The position numbers were made by a program, and so were the translations under genes. Below are positions 44,358-54,377 of a DNA stretch of 64,000 bases, in pieces (positions within the stretch are counted from its first letter, which is position 1; every line of letters starts with the position of its first letter). The DNA lies in NCBI GenBank assembly GCA_963709585.1, contig CAVPXI010000014.1, positions 128,001 to 192,000 on the forward strand, in the 5' to 3' direction. This DNA comes from Candidatus Dormiibacterota bacterium. GTDB taxonomy: Bacteria; Chloroflexota; Dormibacteria; Aeolococcales; Aeolococcaceae. Under the pieces are notes generated by a model. That model did not search any database, was not told the DNA's origin, and saw only the letters and a list, made by a program, of their open reading frames with translations.

Positions 44358-45758
44358 GTGGCGATCCCTCCCATGCGTGCGGGCGCGCAAGCGACCGCCG
44401 CCGTCCGGCGCTCGCTCCGCGTTCCTCGTTCCTGGGGACTCCGGCCCACCGACGTCACGTTGATTGTGTTCGCCAACGCCGCGCTGATCGTCGCCATGTG
44501 GGTGCGTCACGGGCAGATGCCCAACCTGGGCAACGCTGGCGCGGTGCTGTCCGCGGCTGGTCAAGTCACTGCCCTGCTTGGCACGTATTCGGCGATAGTC
44601 CAAGTGGTGCTGATGTCACGGAGCCCGTGGCTGGACCAGCTCTTCGGCATCGACCGTATCGCCGGGTGGCATCGCTGGCTGGGATTCGCCACTGTCTTCC
44701 TGATTTGTGGACACGTGGTCTTCACGACGGCCGGCTACGCCGTTAGCAATGGCCACTCCTTTCTTTCTGAGACGTGGACCTTCCTCACCACCTACCCCTA
44801 CATGCTGATGGCCTATGTCGCCACCGCACTGTTCGTCCTCATTGCCGTGGCCTCGGTCCGGGCAGCCCGGCGTCAACTCTCCTACGACAGCTGGCACTTC
44901 ATCCATCTCTTCATCTACCTGGCGATTGCGCTTAGCTTTGGTCACCAGCTCGCCGTCGGCACCGACTTCGAGCGTGACCCCGCCGCGATCACCTACTGGG
45001 TGGCGCTCTACGTCGTCGCCGCACTGCTCGTCCTCAGCTTCCGGGTGCTCATCCCCGCCCGCCTCACGATGCGTCACCGGCTTCGGGTTCGCGCCGTGGT
45101 TGAGGAGGCGCCAGGGGTCATCTCCATCTACATCACCGGCCGCGACCTCGCCGACCTGCCCATGCGCGCCGGTCAGTTCTTCAAGTTCCGCTTCCTGGCT
45201 CGGGGGATCTGGTGGCGGGTCCACCCGTTCTCGCTGTCCGCCGCCCCCAATGGTGAGTACCTGCGCATCACCGTGAAGCAACTCGGCGGCTTCACCAAAG
45301 CGGTGCGCAGCCTGCAGCCGGGGACCCCGGTGATCGTGGAGGGCCCGTACGGGATCTTCACCTCGCTGCGTCGCCGTCGCCCGCGGGCATTGCTCATCGC
45401 GGGGGGCATCGGCATCACCCCCCTCAGGGCTCTCCTCGAAGAAATGCCGCAGCGCAAAAACGGCATCATCCTGCTGTACCGCGCACGGTCGTGGCATGAC
45501 GTCGTTTTCAAGGCCGAACTCGACGAGCTGGTCCGGGCGCGCGGCGGCGAGGTGCACTACATCATCGGTCGACGGGGAACCGAGATCCATCTGAATCCGC
45601 TCGCGCCCAAATACCTGCGCACCGTGGCCCCCGACCTACGCGAGCGAGACGTCTTCGTCTGCGGTCCCAAGGAGATGATCGAGGGTGTTGACGAGAGCTT
45701 GGCATCCCTTGGTGTTCCTGCCGAACAAATCCATCGCGAGCGGTTCGCATTCCTTTGA
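44358..45758 (+). CDS. Ferric reductase-like TM domain plus FAD/NAD-binding oxidoreductase
   Basis: WHRWLG, WHFIHL, HPFSLS, EGPYG, IAGGIGITP, VCGP, IHRERF. Confidence 0.9.
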   Translation: MAIPPMRAGAQATAAVRRSLRVPRSWGLRPTDVTLIVFANAALIVAMWVRHGQMPNLGNAGAVLSAAGQVTALLGTYSAIVQVVLMSRSPWLDQLFGIDRIAGWHRWLGFATVFLICGHVVFTTAGYAVSNGHSFLSETWTFLTTYPYMLMAYVATALFVLIAVASVRAARRQLSYDSWHFIHLFIYLAIALSFGHQLAVGTDFERDPAAITYWVALYVVAALLVLSFRVLIPARLTMRHRLRVRAVVEEAPGVISIYITGRDLADLPMRAGQFFKFRFLARGIWWRVHPFSLSAAPNGEYLRITVKQLGGFTKAVRSLQPGTPVIVEGPYGIFTSLRRRRPRALLIAGGIGITPLRALLEEMPQRKNGIILLYRARSWHDVVFKAELDELVRARGGEVHYIIGRRGTEIHLNPLAPKYLRTVAPDLRERDVFVCGPKEMIEGVDESLASLGVPAEQIHRERFAFL

Positions 45759-45772
45759 CCTGAGGTCCCAAT

Positions 45773-46273
45773 ATGCCCACTCGAGCTGTCGTTACCCTCG
45801 CCGCCACCGTCGTCGGCCTGTTCCTTTTGGTCAGCTTCCGCACTCCGCCGTCCAACACCATTGGCTCGGGGGTGGCGCTCCTCCCCGCGCGGTCGTCGCC
45901 CTCGGCATCGAGCAGTCCGCCAGCAGTCACGCCATCGGGGGCGCCGCCCTCTGGCGGCAGGACCCCGGCGGCGACCGCGGCTCCCACTGCCGCTGGTCTG
46001 AAGGACGGCTCCTTTACCGGCCAGGACTTCCCCAACTTTTACGGCGATGTCCAGGTTCAGATCATCGTTTCAGGGGGCCGGATCACCGACGTCAAAGCGT
46101 TGCAGTATCCGACCGACCGACCTCAGTCCGCGTACATAAGTTCCGTGGCGATCCCCTACCTCCACGACGAGGTGCTCAAGGCTCAGAGCGCGCAGATCGA
46201 CATCATCAGCGGCGCGACATTCACCAGCGACAGCTACGCGCAGTCCCTGCAGTCAGCTTTGGCCCGGGCCTGA
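45773..46273 (+). CDS. Extracytoplasmic FMN-binding protein
   Basis: YGDVQVQI, and the flavinylation motif DIISGATFTS. Confidence 0.88.
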   Translation: MPTRAVVTLAATVVGLFLLVSFRTPPSNTIGSGVALLPARSSPSASSSPPAVTPSGAPPSGGRTPAATAAPTAAGLKDGSFTGQDFPNFYGDVQVQIIVSGGRITDVKALQYPTDRPQSAYISSVAIPYLHDEVLKAQSAQIDIISGATFTSDSYAQSLQSALARA

Positions 46274-46278
46274 GCTGC

Positions 46279-47067
46279 ATGGTGTCTTCCGTCGCTCCGC
46301 CACCGGGGACCGTACGCGCCGAATCCATCATGGGGACGGTGATCACAGTCGATGTGCGCGATATGGGCCTGCCCGGGTCGGCGATGGATGCGGTCTTCGC
46401 GTGGTTCCACGACGTCGACGCAACCTTCAGCACCTTCCGACCCGACAGCGAGATCAGCCGCCTGTCGCGAGGTGAACTCCGCGAGCATGAGTGCTCAGCC
46501 GACGTTCGGGAGGTCCTCGCACTCTGCGAGGAGGTCAGAGTGTGCAGCAATGGCAGCTTCGACATCCGACGGGGTGGCGGGATCGACCCCCTGGGGCTGG
46601 TCAAGGGTTGGTCAGTCGAGCGCGCATCAACAATGCTTGAGGCGGCCGGGGCCCGCAACTTCTTCATCGACGCGGGCGGTGACGTTGTCGTGCGAGGGCG
46701 GCCCGAGCCAGGCCGTACGTGGCGCCTCGGGATACGTCATCCAGAGCAGGCCGATCGCGTCGCCGCGGTGCTCGCGATTCGCGATGTTGCCGTCGCCACG
46801 AGCGGCACCTACGAACGAGGCGCGCACATCGTCGACCCGCGCAGTGGCTCGCCACCTTCCGGGCTCCTGAGCCTGACGGTCGTGGGTCCCAGCCTCACCT
46901 TTGCCGATGCGTACTCCACCGCGGCATTCGTCATGGGCGACCGCGGCGCTCCCTGGGTGGCCGGCATCGACGGGTATGACGCCTTGGCAATCACGACGCA
47001 GCGTCGCACGGTTTGGACGCCTGGTCTGGAGGCGTTGCTCGTGCGGGGCGAAGAGGCGTCCGTCTGA
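46279..47067 (+). CDS. apbE: FAD:protein FMN transferase
   Basis: MGT, FSTFRPDSEISR, DPLGLVKGW, AGGD, VATSGTYERGAHIVDP, ADAYSTA. Confidence 0.9.
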   Translation: MVSSVAPPPGTVRAESIMGTVITVDVRDMGLPGSAMDAVFAWFHDVDATFSTFRPDSEISRLSRGELREHECSADVREVLALCEEVRVCSNGSFDIRRGGGIDPLGLVKGWSVERASTMLEAAGARNFFIDAGGDVVVRGRPEPGRTWRLGIRHPEQADRVAAVLAIRDVAVATSGTYERGAHIVDPRSGSPPSGLLSLTVVGPSLTFADAYSTAAFVMGDRGAPWVAGIDGYDALAITTQRRTVWTPGLEALLVRGEEASV

Positions 47068-47090
47068 GCGTCACCCCCGCATCGGTCACC

Positions 47091-47318
47091 TTGGTCGGAA
47101 CACCGCTTGAGTCGAGGCGACCCAACCGGGCGCCAAAGGGAAATGCGGAGCGAGAGGAATTCGAACCCTCGATACCGCTTGACGCGGTATACCGCATTTC
47201 CAGGCCGTCTGAGCGGGGTGCAGGGTAGGGCACCGACGGGCACTCAGTATTCAGATTCGAAGCGCTTCGTGCACGACAAGGCAGGCGAAGGCACCCGCGT
47301 TGGGTCTGCGTTGGGCCT
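47091..47318 (-). mobile_element. att junction J4: tRNA-Ser 3' fragment (47146-47203)
   Basis: Core ends at CTGGAAA; GTTGGGTCT and GTTGGGCCT at 47299 and 47310. Confidence 0.87.
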
Positions 47319-47480
47319 GGATTTCGGGCCAAGCGGGCGGGATCGAGCGCGTAAGCACCTCAGATGACATGACCTTCGCGTGGCCAAGGGCTAAGGAATG
47401 ACACCCGAGCGGCGATCGCAAATTGCGTTAGTCCCCGCTATTGGGGTAGCCGGCGACGCTAACACGCCGCTACCACGACC

Positions 47481-47777
47481 TCAAAGATCAATCGGCGTCG
47501 GTGAGTGCCTCGGTTGAATCGGGTCGTCGAAGTCGCGTTCGGGGATGAGCCTGTCAACACTTGCCCGAGCCTCGCGTTCAGCCGTCTCAGCGGAGTCCGC
47601 GAAGGTCGGGCTCTTGGATATCGGCTCCCAGAATTCGCCTCGTCTACGAATCGCACTGTGGTAGGTGGAAAGTCGCCACTCCTCAAAACCGAAGCTCCCG
47701 TCCGAGTTCCGGACGATTCTCACTTCGCGCCTGCCGGGGCCGTCCTGGATCGTCTTGACCACCTCCGCCGACCCCAT
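47481..47777 (-). CDS. Hypothetical protein
   Basis: Compact ORF (RREVRIVRNSDGSFGFEEW...FADSAETAEREAR). Confidence 0.5.
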   Translation of the reverse strand: MGSAEVVKTIQDGPGRREVRIVRNSDGSFGFEEWRLSTYHSAIRRRGEFWEPISKSPTFADSAETAEREARASVDRLIPERDFDDPIQPRHSPTPIDL

Positions 47778-47904
47778 ATATCGATTCTAGGAGACGTGTA
47801 AGTGTGAAAGTCCGATAGATGGGCGACACATCATGTGGATGCACGTGCTTGGTCCAAATGCCGTAAGCCGACTTCGGATCGCGGCGAATGAACCCAGCTT
47901 GGGC

Positions 47905-48510
47905 TCATCCGCCGATGGCAAGGGCGAGAAGGGTATTGACCGCAGTCTCGAACGGGCGGGTACTCCGTTGCACCTGGGCGAGTAGGAGTCCTCCTTGGAG
48001 CGTGGCGAGCAGAGTAGTGGCGAGGTCGTCCGGGTCGATCCCCGACGGGAGCTTCCCGTCGGCATGAAGGGATCTAAGTCCATCGCCGATGGCGGCTGCC
48101 CACTGATCGAACCCTGCCGCTATGAGCGCTCGGGCCTCGGGGTCACACTCGGCCAGTTGACCACCGAGCGAGCCAAGTGGGCAACCGCCCTTTGCTTTGG
48201 TGCGCTTCGCTTCGGTGATCACCATCTTCCGCCAGGCTTCGAGTCCGTTCGCGCTGCGGAGCAGCTGCCCCTGGTTATTGACGATGGCGTCGGCTTGGTA
48301 ATCGATGACCGCCTGCACGAGTGCGTTCTTATCGGGAAAGTAGTGGTACATCTGAGAGCCGCTGACGTCCGCCGCCACCTTGACGTCTTCCAAGGTGGTG
48401 CTCGCCACCCCGCGCTCATGGATCAGGGCGGCGGCCTCCTCCACTATTCGTGCCCGGGTGCGCGCTCCCTTGGGGGTGAGCCTCGGCCGGTCACTCATCG
48501 CGTTGACCAT
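47905..48510 (-). CDS. TetR family regulator
   Basis: HTH TTLEDVKVAADVSGSQMYHYFPDK; GGCPLGSL. Confidence 0.9.
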   Translation of the reverse strand: MVNAMSDRPRLTPKGARTRARIVEEAAALIHERGVASTTLEDVKVAADVSGSQMYHYFPDKNALVQAVIDYQADAIVNNQGQLLRSANGLEAWRKMVITEAKRTKAKGGCPLGSLGGQLAECDPEARALIAAGFDQWAAAIGDGLRSLHADGKLPSGIDPDDLATTLLATLQGGLLLAQVQRSTRPFETAVNTLLALAIGG

Positions 48511-48531
48511 GCACCAATGTTAGCAGGATTT

Positions 48532-48580
48532 TGAGTTTGACAACCCAGTCCTGACCTGTCAGAGTGGGTCGCACAACCCA
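48532..48580. promoter_or_regulatory. Two palindromic TetR operators overlapping a TTGACA -35
   Basis: TGAGTTTGACAACCCA (48532) and TGGGTCGCACAACCCA (48565), between divergent tetR and SDR genes. Confidence 0.65.
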
Positions 48581-48606
48581 TTTTGTAGCGACAGGAGGCA
48601 CATCGC

Positions 48607-49357
48607 ATGACTGACCTCAAGGGCAAGACCGCTCTGGTTACGGGCTCGACGAGCGGGATCGGTAAGGCGACAGCCATCGCCTTGGCCGCCCGCGGCGCTC
48701 ACGTACTGGTGGTCGGGCGCAACGAACAACGAGCCAAAGACGTGGTGGCCGAGATCGAAGGCAGCGGAGGCAGCGCAACGTTCCGGCTCACCACGTTGGG
48801 CGATCTGAAATCGGCCCAGGACCTAGTCGAATGGGCCATTGAGGCAGGCGACGATCATGTCGACATCCTCATCAACAACGCTGGTGTCGCCTTGCTCGGA
48901 CCAAGCAACGCAGCCACCGAAGCCGACTTCGACGAGAGCTTTGCAGTCAACGTCAAGGTTCCGTTCTTCCTCGTGGCGTCACTGGCGCCAGCCATGGCCG
49001 AACGCGGATGGGGTTCGATCGTCAACGTCTCCACGATGGTCGCCAGCTTCGGACAGGCAGGCATGGCTCTATATGGCGCCAGCCGAGCGGCTCTCGAACT
49101 GTTGACGAAGGCCTGGGCTGCCGAATACGGCCCGCGTGGTGTTCGGGTCAACGCCGTTGCCCCCGGCCCGACACGGACCCGCACCATGGAAGCAGTCCCT
49201 GAAGAGATGGTGAATCAGCTCGCAGCACTAGCACCAGCAGGTCGCGTAGCTCAGCCCGAGGAACTTGCTGCGGCGATCGTCTTCCTCGCCAGTGATGATG
49301 CCGAGCTTCGTCCACGGCGTCACTCTTGCAGTCGATGGAGGCCGAGTAGCGACGTAA
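48607..49357 (+). CDS. SDR family oxidoreductase (frameshift at ~49301)
   Basis: TGSTSGIG, NNAG, YGASR, VNAVAPG; the corrected end is ASFVHGVTLAVDGGRVAT*. Confidence 0.88.
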
Positions 49358-49431
49358 CGCTTGTCGGCCGCGACGTTCAAGTGCGAAGACATAGAACACA
49401 GATCGCAAACTAACAACTGAGGAGTATCCAC

Positions 49432-49752
49432 ATGAGCGCATACGTAATTGTCGAATTCACGGTCAAAGACCCGGATGTTTATCGTGAGAAATACAGCCGC
49501 AACGCTGGACAGACGGCCAAAGAGCACGGAGGCGAGGCTCTCGCCAACAGTAACTGGGAGATCCTGCATGGCGATGGCTCGCTCACCTCAGGGGCGATCA
49601 TGCGGTTTCCGGACCATGAGGCGGCCGTCAGTTGGTACAACTCGCCTGAATATCAGCGGTTGATCGATGTCCGAAGTGTCGCGATGGATGCCCGTTTCAG
49701 CTTGCTCGACGGCCTCCCTACGCGCACAGAAGATGAGCGTACATCCCAATGA
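49432..49752 (+). CDS. DUF1330 family protein
   Basis: MSAYVIV...HGG...FPDHEAAVSWYNSPEYQ. Confidence 0.88.
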   Translation: MSAYVIVEFTVKDPDVYREKYSRNAGQTAKEHGGEALANSNWEILHGDGSLTSGAIMRFPDHEAAVSWYNSPEYQRLIDVRSVAMDARFSLLDGLPTRTEDERTSQ

Positions 49753-49845
49753 GCGCACTTCCAGGAAAGACGGTGCTCATTACTGGCGCCAACGCCCGGA
49801 TCGGCAAGGATGTGGCCCGGCAACTGGCGTTGCGCTCTCGGGATT
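49749..49845 (+). pseudogene. Truncated SDR, N-terminus only
   Basis: GKTVLITGANARIGKDVARQLA, then similarity ends. Confidence 0.65.
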
Positions 49846-49908
49846 GGCGAGGAGTGAGTCGGTTCGCGTCTGATTGCCGCCAGGCCGCGTTCCAGCCGTC
49901 GGCTCCCG

Positions 49909-50412
49909 TTAGTAGTCCGGTGGGGGTGGCGGCTCGTGCTTAGGTCCATGACCTTTCCGCCCTGGACCGTGCCGCCTCGGCTGTCGCTCCGGCCCGTGTG
50001 GTGGCGGGGCTGGCTGACCCTCCGGGTAATGCTCGTCGTCCATGCCCGTCACCTCGCGGAAGGCCTTGCGCTGGTAGAGGTTGCGCAGGGCCAACTCGGT
50101 GAGCGCCACCCCGTCCCCGTCGCGCCCCGCCCGCCGGACTTCGCGCTCCGTGAGCTCCTTGAGCATCTGTAGGGCGTCCAACGACACTCCGGAGTCGATC
50201 AGACGCTTGGTCAGTCGGGCTACAGCCGTATCCCTGGGCGAATAGCGGAGTTTGCCGTGCTCTCTCGTTGGGCTGATCAGTCCGAGCTCCTCCCAGTAAC
50301 GGAGAACCCGGGCGGTGACCCCGGTGCGTTCGGCCAGCCGTGGGATGGCGACGAGTTCGTCGTCGTTGCCGGTGGTCAGCTGAGGTGGGGTTGGTGGCTG
50401 TAAATCTGCCAT
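49909..50412 (-). CDS. MerR family regulator
   Basis: LAERTGVTARVLRYWEELGLISP. Confidence 0.82.
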   Translation of the reverse strand: MADLQPPTPPQLTTGNDDELVAIPRLAERTGVTARVLRYWEELGLISPTREHGKLRYSPRDTAVARLTKRLIDSGVSLDALQMLKELTEREVRRAGRDGDGVALTELALRNLYQRKAFREVTGMDDEHYPEGQPAPPPHGPERQPRRHGPGRKGHGPKHEPPPPPDY

Positions 50413-50562
50413 GATCGTGTAAGATTATCTCAGGCGACGGCGAGCGTGTTGAGGTCGCCCGAGATCCGCATCAAGGAGTACAGACGCATGAATCTCCAAG
50501 GCGCTCTCGCACGCCCTGTCGCAGCCAAGAGAGGGGACAGAATCTCGGCACATCGCGACCCG

Positions 50563-51588
50563 ATGCGCGTGGGCATCTGGGTGATGGCAACAGGGCTCGT
50601 CGCTGCGGCCATGTTGCTCCGAGGCGGCCGACTCGTCCGGGCGGCTACCACCACCGGACCGCCCTTTCTCACCCTGGCAGTAGTTATCGCGGCGGGGCTC
50701 GCGCTGGACCGTGCCGGGGTCTTCCGGTTCCTCGCCCGGTTGGTCGTTCCCACCTCTGCCACCGACTGGCTGGCAGCAGTTGGGGTACTCGGGTTGACCG
50801 CCGTACTCAGCGGCGTCGTCAACCTCGACGTCGCTGTGGTGGTCGCGGTACCGGTGGCCCTAACGGTAGCCCGGGAGCGGCACCTCAATGCAGGCCGCTT
50901 CGCTATCGCCGCCGCGCTGACGGCCAACGCCACCTCCTTCCTCTTGCCCACGTCCAACCTCACCACCTTGCTCGTCCTGGGTCATGCTCCGCTAACCGCA
51001 TCTACGTACGCCGGCCAGAGCTGGCTGGCCTGGCTACTGGTCACGGCGCTGACCGTTGGCGCTCTCTCAGTACTGGTGAATCGCGGCGGGCAGCGGCCGA
51101 AATCATCGGCGAAGGGCGCGCGTCTCGAGCCATCTGCTCCCAGCCAGGCGTCGACATCGGCGGACGGCCTGCTCACCTACGCGACAACTACCCGACGCAG
51201 CGCCACATTGGCGCTGCTTGATCTGCTGCCCATGTATGCCGGCGCCTCGGCGATCCGAGCACTTCTGGACGGCGGCGTGACCCTGCACGCCGGGCTACTC
51301 GGCGACGTCGGAATAACGAGCGTCTTCGCCGCCAGCGCCAACAACCTGCCTGCCGCGGCCGCCATCCTAGTCACCGGTAGTCTCTCTCGCTGGGCGACAG
51401 TGCTTGCACTGGCAATCGGCCCAAATCTGCTGCTCACCGGCTCGGTGGCGAGCTTGATCGCGCGGCGCATCGCTCGGGATCACGGCACTGACTTCGGTGC
51501 CGTCAGTTTCAGCTTGCTCGGAGCCGCACTGCTTCCCTTCCAACTCCTCCTTGGCGTCGCCGGGCTGCACCTCATGGGGGCAGTCTGA
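50563..51588 (+). CDS. ArsB/NhaD-like (IT superfamily) permease; start uncertain
   Basis: NLDVAVV, ANATSFLLPTSNLTTL, NNLPAA, IGPNLLLTGSVASL. Confidence 0.75.
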   Translation: MRVGIWVMATGLVAAAMLLRGGRLVRAATTTGPPFLTLAVVIAAGLALDRAGVFRFLARLVVPTSATDWLAAVGVLGLTAVLSGVVNLDVAVVVAVPVALTVARERHLNAGRFAIAAALTANATSFLLPTSNLTTLLVLGHAPLTASTYAGQSWLAWLLVTALTVGALSVLVNRGGQRPKSSAKGARLEPSAPSQASTSADGLLTYATTTRRSATLALLDLLPMYAGASAIRALLDGGVTLHAGLLGDVGITSVFAASANNLPAAAAILVTGSLSRWATVLALAIGPNLLLTGSVASLIARRIARDHGTDFGAVSFSLLGAALLPFQLLLGVAGLHLMGAV

Positions 51589-51738
51589 CTGCGACTACAC
51601 GCCATTGAGAGGGTTGAAGGCTCAGGTGTTGACGGCGTTGTCGAGTCGCAACACGCGGGCACGTAGCTCACGGCTCGACACCTAGGACGTGTTCCACTAC
51701 CCGTGGCAACGCAATTGGTGACTGGTGCGACCCATGAC

Positions 51739-52008
51739 GTTGGGTCTGCGTTGGGTTCAGACACCGTTGAGACGTCCGTCTCGCCCGGTGTGGTGAGTAG
51801 GAGGCCGGCAGATATCCCTGATCTCATAAAGGAACGCGGAGCGAGAGGGATTCGAACCCTCGTGGCGGGTTACCCCACCAACCGCGTTTCCAGGTCTCGG
51901 GAGCGCGGTGCAAAGCCGTGCGCCGAAGGGCACCCCGTATTCAGAATCCCGTCGCTGAAAGCACCACGATGCAGGCGAAGGCACCCGCATTGGGACTCCG
52001 TTGGGCCT
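51739..52008 (-). mobile_element. att junction J5: tRNA-Ser 3' fragment (51837-51893) with both arms
   Basis: GTTGGGTCT/GTTGGGTTC at 51739 and 51750; ATTGGGACT/GTTGGGCCT at 51989 and 52000. Confidence 0.88.
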
Positions 52009-52208
52009 GGATTTGCGGGCTCAGCGGCACGCTGTGCGGCGACCAAGTACGTCAGGTGACAAGACGCTGGTGTGACCAAGGCTGATCGCACAGGTCGATG
52101 TGGTCGTTAGCGACGAGCACCGTAGTTGTGCCCGAGCGTCGACGACGCGCACTCTGAGCGCAGGGCGCCTGGGGTTGCGTCAGAGGGGGACGCTAGCGAG
52201 GAGATCGA

Positions 52209-52871
52209 ATGCCCACCGTGACGGGTCGCGCATACGATGAGCCTGTGGACGAAGTCTCTCCACCACCGGCGAAGGTCGCCTTCGACAAAATGCTGAGCGG
52301 CATCTTTCTCGTCGTCACACTCCCCGTGTCGCTGGTAATCGCCGCCGCCATCGCCATCGAGAGTGCCGTGTGCCCATCGCACCGCGGTGGAGTGTTTCAT
52401 TCTGAGTTCAGGGTGTCAGCAGGGCCCTTCAGGCTCTACAAGTTCCGCATCCTGACTCCTGCCGGCGAACAGGAAATCAAGGCAGGAGCGATGCCCAAGC
52501 ATGTTGAGAACACCCCCAGCAATCTCACCGTAGTCGGTGCGGCGCTGAAGAAGATTGGGTTGGATGAATTGCCTCAATTCCTCAATGTCATAACGGGAAA
52601 GATGAGCCTTGTTGGGCCGCGACCCAAGCCGCCTGCAGAGTACAAAGAGGAGATCGAACTTGGCCATGAGTTCCGCGCCCAGCTTCAGGCAGGCCTGACG
52701 GGTCCGGCACAAGTGTTGAAAGGTACCGTTCGCACCGGCGATGACTCGCTTCGCGCCGACCTGGAGTACGCGGATCTGTTGCGCAAGGGATCACAACTGC
52801 AGATCCTCGCGTACGATGCAAAGACGCTCCTGAAGACCGTGCGCGTGCTATTCAGGGCCTCCGGCGAGTAG
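52209..52871 (+). CDS. Orphan sugar transferase (Bac_transf)
   Basis: YKFRI, LDELPQFLNVITGKMSLVGPRP, GLTGPAQV. Confidence 0.82.
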   Translation: MPTVTGRAYDEPVDEVSPPPAKVAFDKMLSGIFLVVTLPVSLVIAAAIAIESAVCPSHRGGVFHSEFRVSAGPFRLYKFRILTPAGEQEIKAGAMPKHVENTPSNLTVVGAALKKIGLDELPQFLNVITGKMSLVGPRPKPPAEYKEEIELGHEFRAQLQAGLTGPAQVLKGTVRTGDDSLRADLEYADLLRKGSQLQILAYDAKTLLKTVRVLFRASGE

Positions 52872-53301
52872 GCGACCGCATGCCCCGTAAGCTGCGCACC
52901 TCCTGACGCAAGCCCGCCGTTTGGATGGGAACATAGCCCGCAATGCGCGGGGCGAGCTTTGTACAGACGTTCGTGATCGACAAGAGCAGCTCGGCCAAAG
53001 GCGCCAAGGGCCGGTGCACAATCGCCGCTCTCAAGCCGATTGGGTCAGCAGGAGTTGCCTGATGATCACGCCACTTGTGTCCGACTGGCGGACTCGAGTG
53101 ACCCAGCGCACCGAACACCCTTGGGGTCGGCCCAAACAGTGGATCGTCGCCATGGACGAAAGCTCGAGCGCGCGCGAGGCTCGCGTGCGTGAGGAGCTTG
53201 AGATCAAGCTGAGGCATCATTCTCAGCCCTGTCGAAGTCCGACAACACGCGTATGGCCCTTGGCGTACTCCCTCGCTGAGGGCACCGTCGCGGGGGTCTG
53301 G

Positions 53302-53616
53302 CTAGCCGGATACGGGTTCTGGTAGCTCAGCTACCCATGGCTCGAGCAGGCGTCCAAAGTTGACCGTCCAGCCCACGCCGAAGACTGTCGGAACCACGAC
53401 GCGACGATCTGCTGGGTTCCAAAGTCGCTCGCGAACCCGTCCTGGGGTTGGCGGACGGAGGTCGTAGGGGATCCGACCGGCGATGCGGCCGTGCCATGTC
53501 CGCTCCTCTGGTGGCTTGCGCAGCTCGATGGCCACAGCGGCGCCGATCAGGGTCAGGCCTACTCCGACGCCCAGCCATCGCGACCTGGACCTTTGTCTGT
53601 GTCGGCGTTCACTCAT
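53302..53616 (-). CDS. DUF5808-like small membrane protein
   Basis: ERTWHG, PYDLRPPT, WNPADRRVVVPTVFGVGWTVNF. Confidence 0.7.
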   Translation of the reverse strand: MSERRHRQRSRSRWLGVGVGLTLIGAAVAIELRKPPEERTWHGRIAGRIPYDLRPPTPGRVRERLWNPADRRVVVPTVFGVGWTVNFGRLLEPWVAELPEPVSG

Positions 53617-53953
53617 GGGGATATCCTCCGTCACCTGCGAGGCTACCACCACCAGAGGGATCAACACATTGGCCCGTGGCCGGTTTTTCATGAAGGCAGC
53701 GGGGTCCGCTCTGACCTGATCGCCAGCAATCCCGCATCGCGCGTCCGCGCTTCTCGCGTCGACAAAGCTCCGGGTGCTTTTCTCACTCCCAGCGAAGCGT
53801 GTCGTTTGGTGGACCTGCTCCACTGAGACCGCGCGCGTCCGCCCTTAGTCGTCGCCATCAGGTGCGATGCGACGGCCCTGCTCTTCTCTGTTGCCGGGCG
53901 ATTGACCCCGACGGAACAGGGAACACTCGCTACTAACGAAGGCTCAAACGACG

Positions 53954-54212
53954 ATGCGCCGGATTACCACTATCACTGGCCCGGATGGGCAGGTCACCAC
54001 GGTAGTCACCCGCAGCTCCGGGTGCGGCTGCCTGACCATCCTCGCCGCCATCGTCGTCTTTCGTCGTCCCAGCGGGGTTCGGAGCCTGGGCCGTGCCCGC
54101 CTACTGCCTCCTCGGCGTCCTCGTCGTCGCCGGCGCGCTGAGCGCGCTCATTCGCAGGCGTGGGCCGCAGCCGCCGCCTGCACCCGCACCGCCTCCTCCA
54201 CGCGCGACCTAA
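53954..54212 (+). CDS. Small membrane protein (probable frameshift at ~54060)
   Basis: SGCGCLTILAAIVVF, continuing in the shifted frame as VVPAGFGAWAVPAYCLLGVLVVAG...PPPAP. Confidence 0.4.
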
Positions 54213-54377
54213 CTAGGTCGCTGTCGTCTGGCGAAAGCGCCGCGGGTGATTAATCCTTCCTGGTGCGCAGCAGGCAGAACTCGTTGCCAGGCTGCCTGCC
54301 AGCATGGAAGCGGTCGTGTTCGGACCCGACAGAGGCGCGTGACATGCCCGCCTGCCCGAATGTCACATGTCGGGCGG

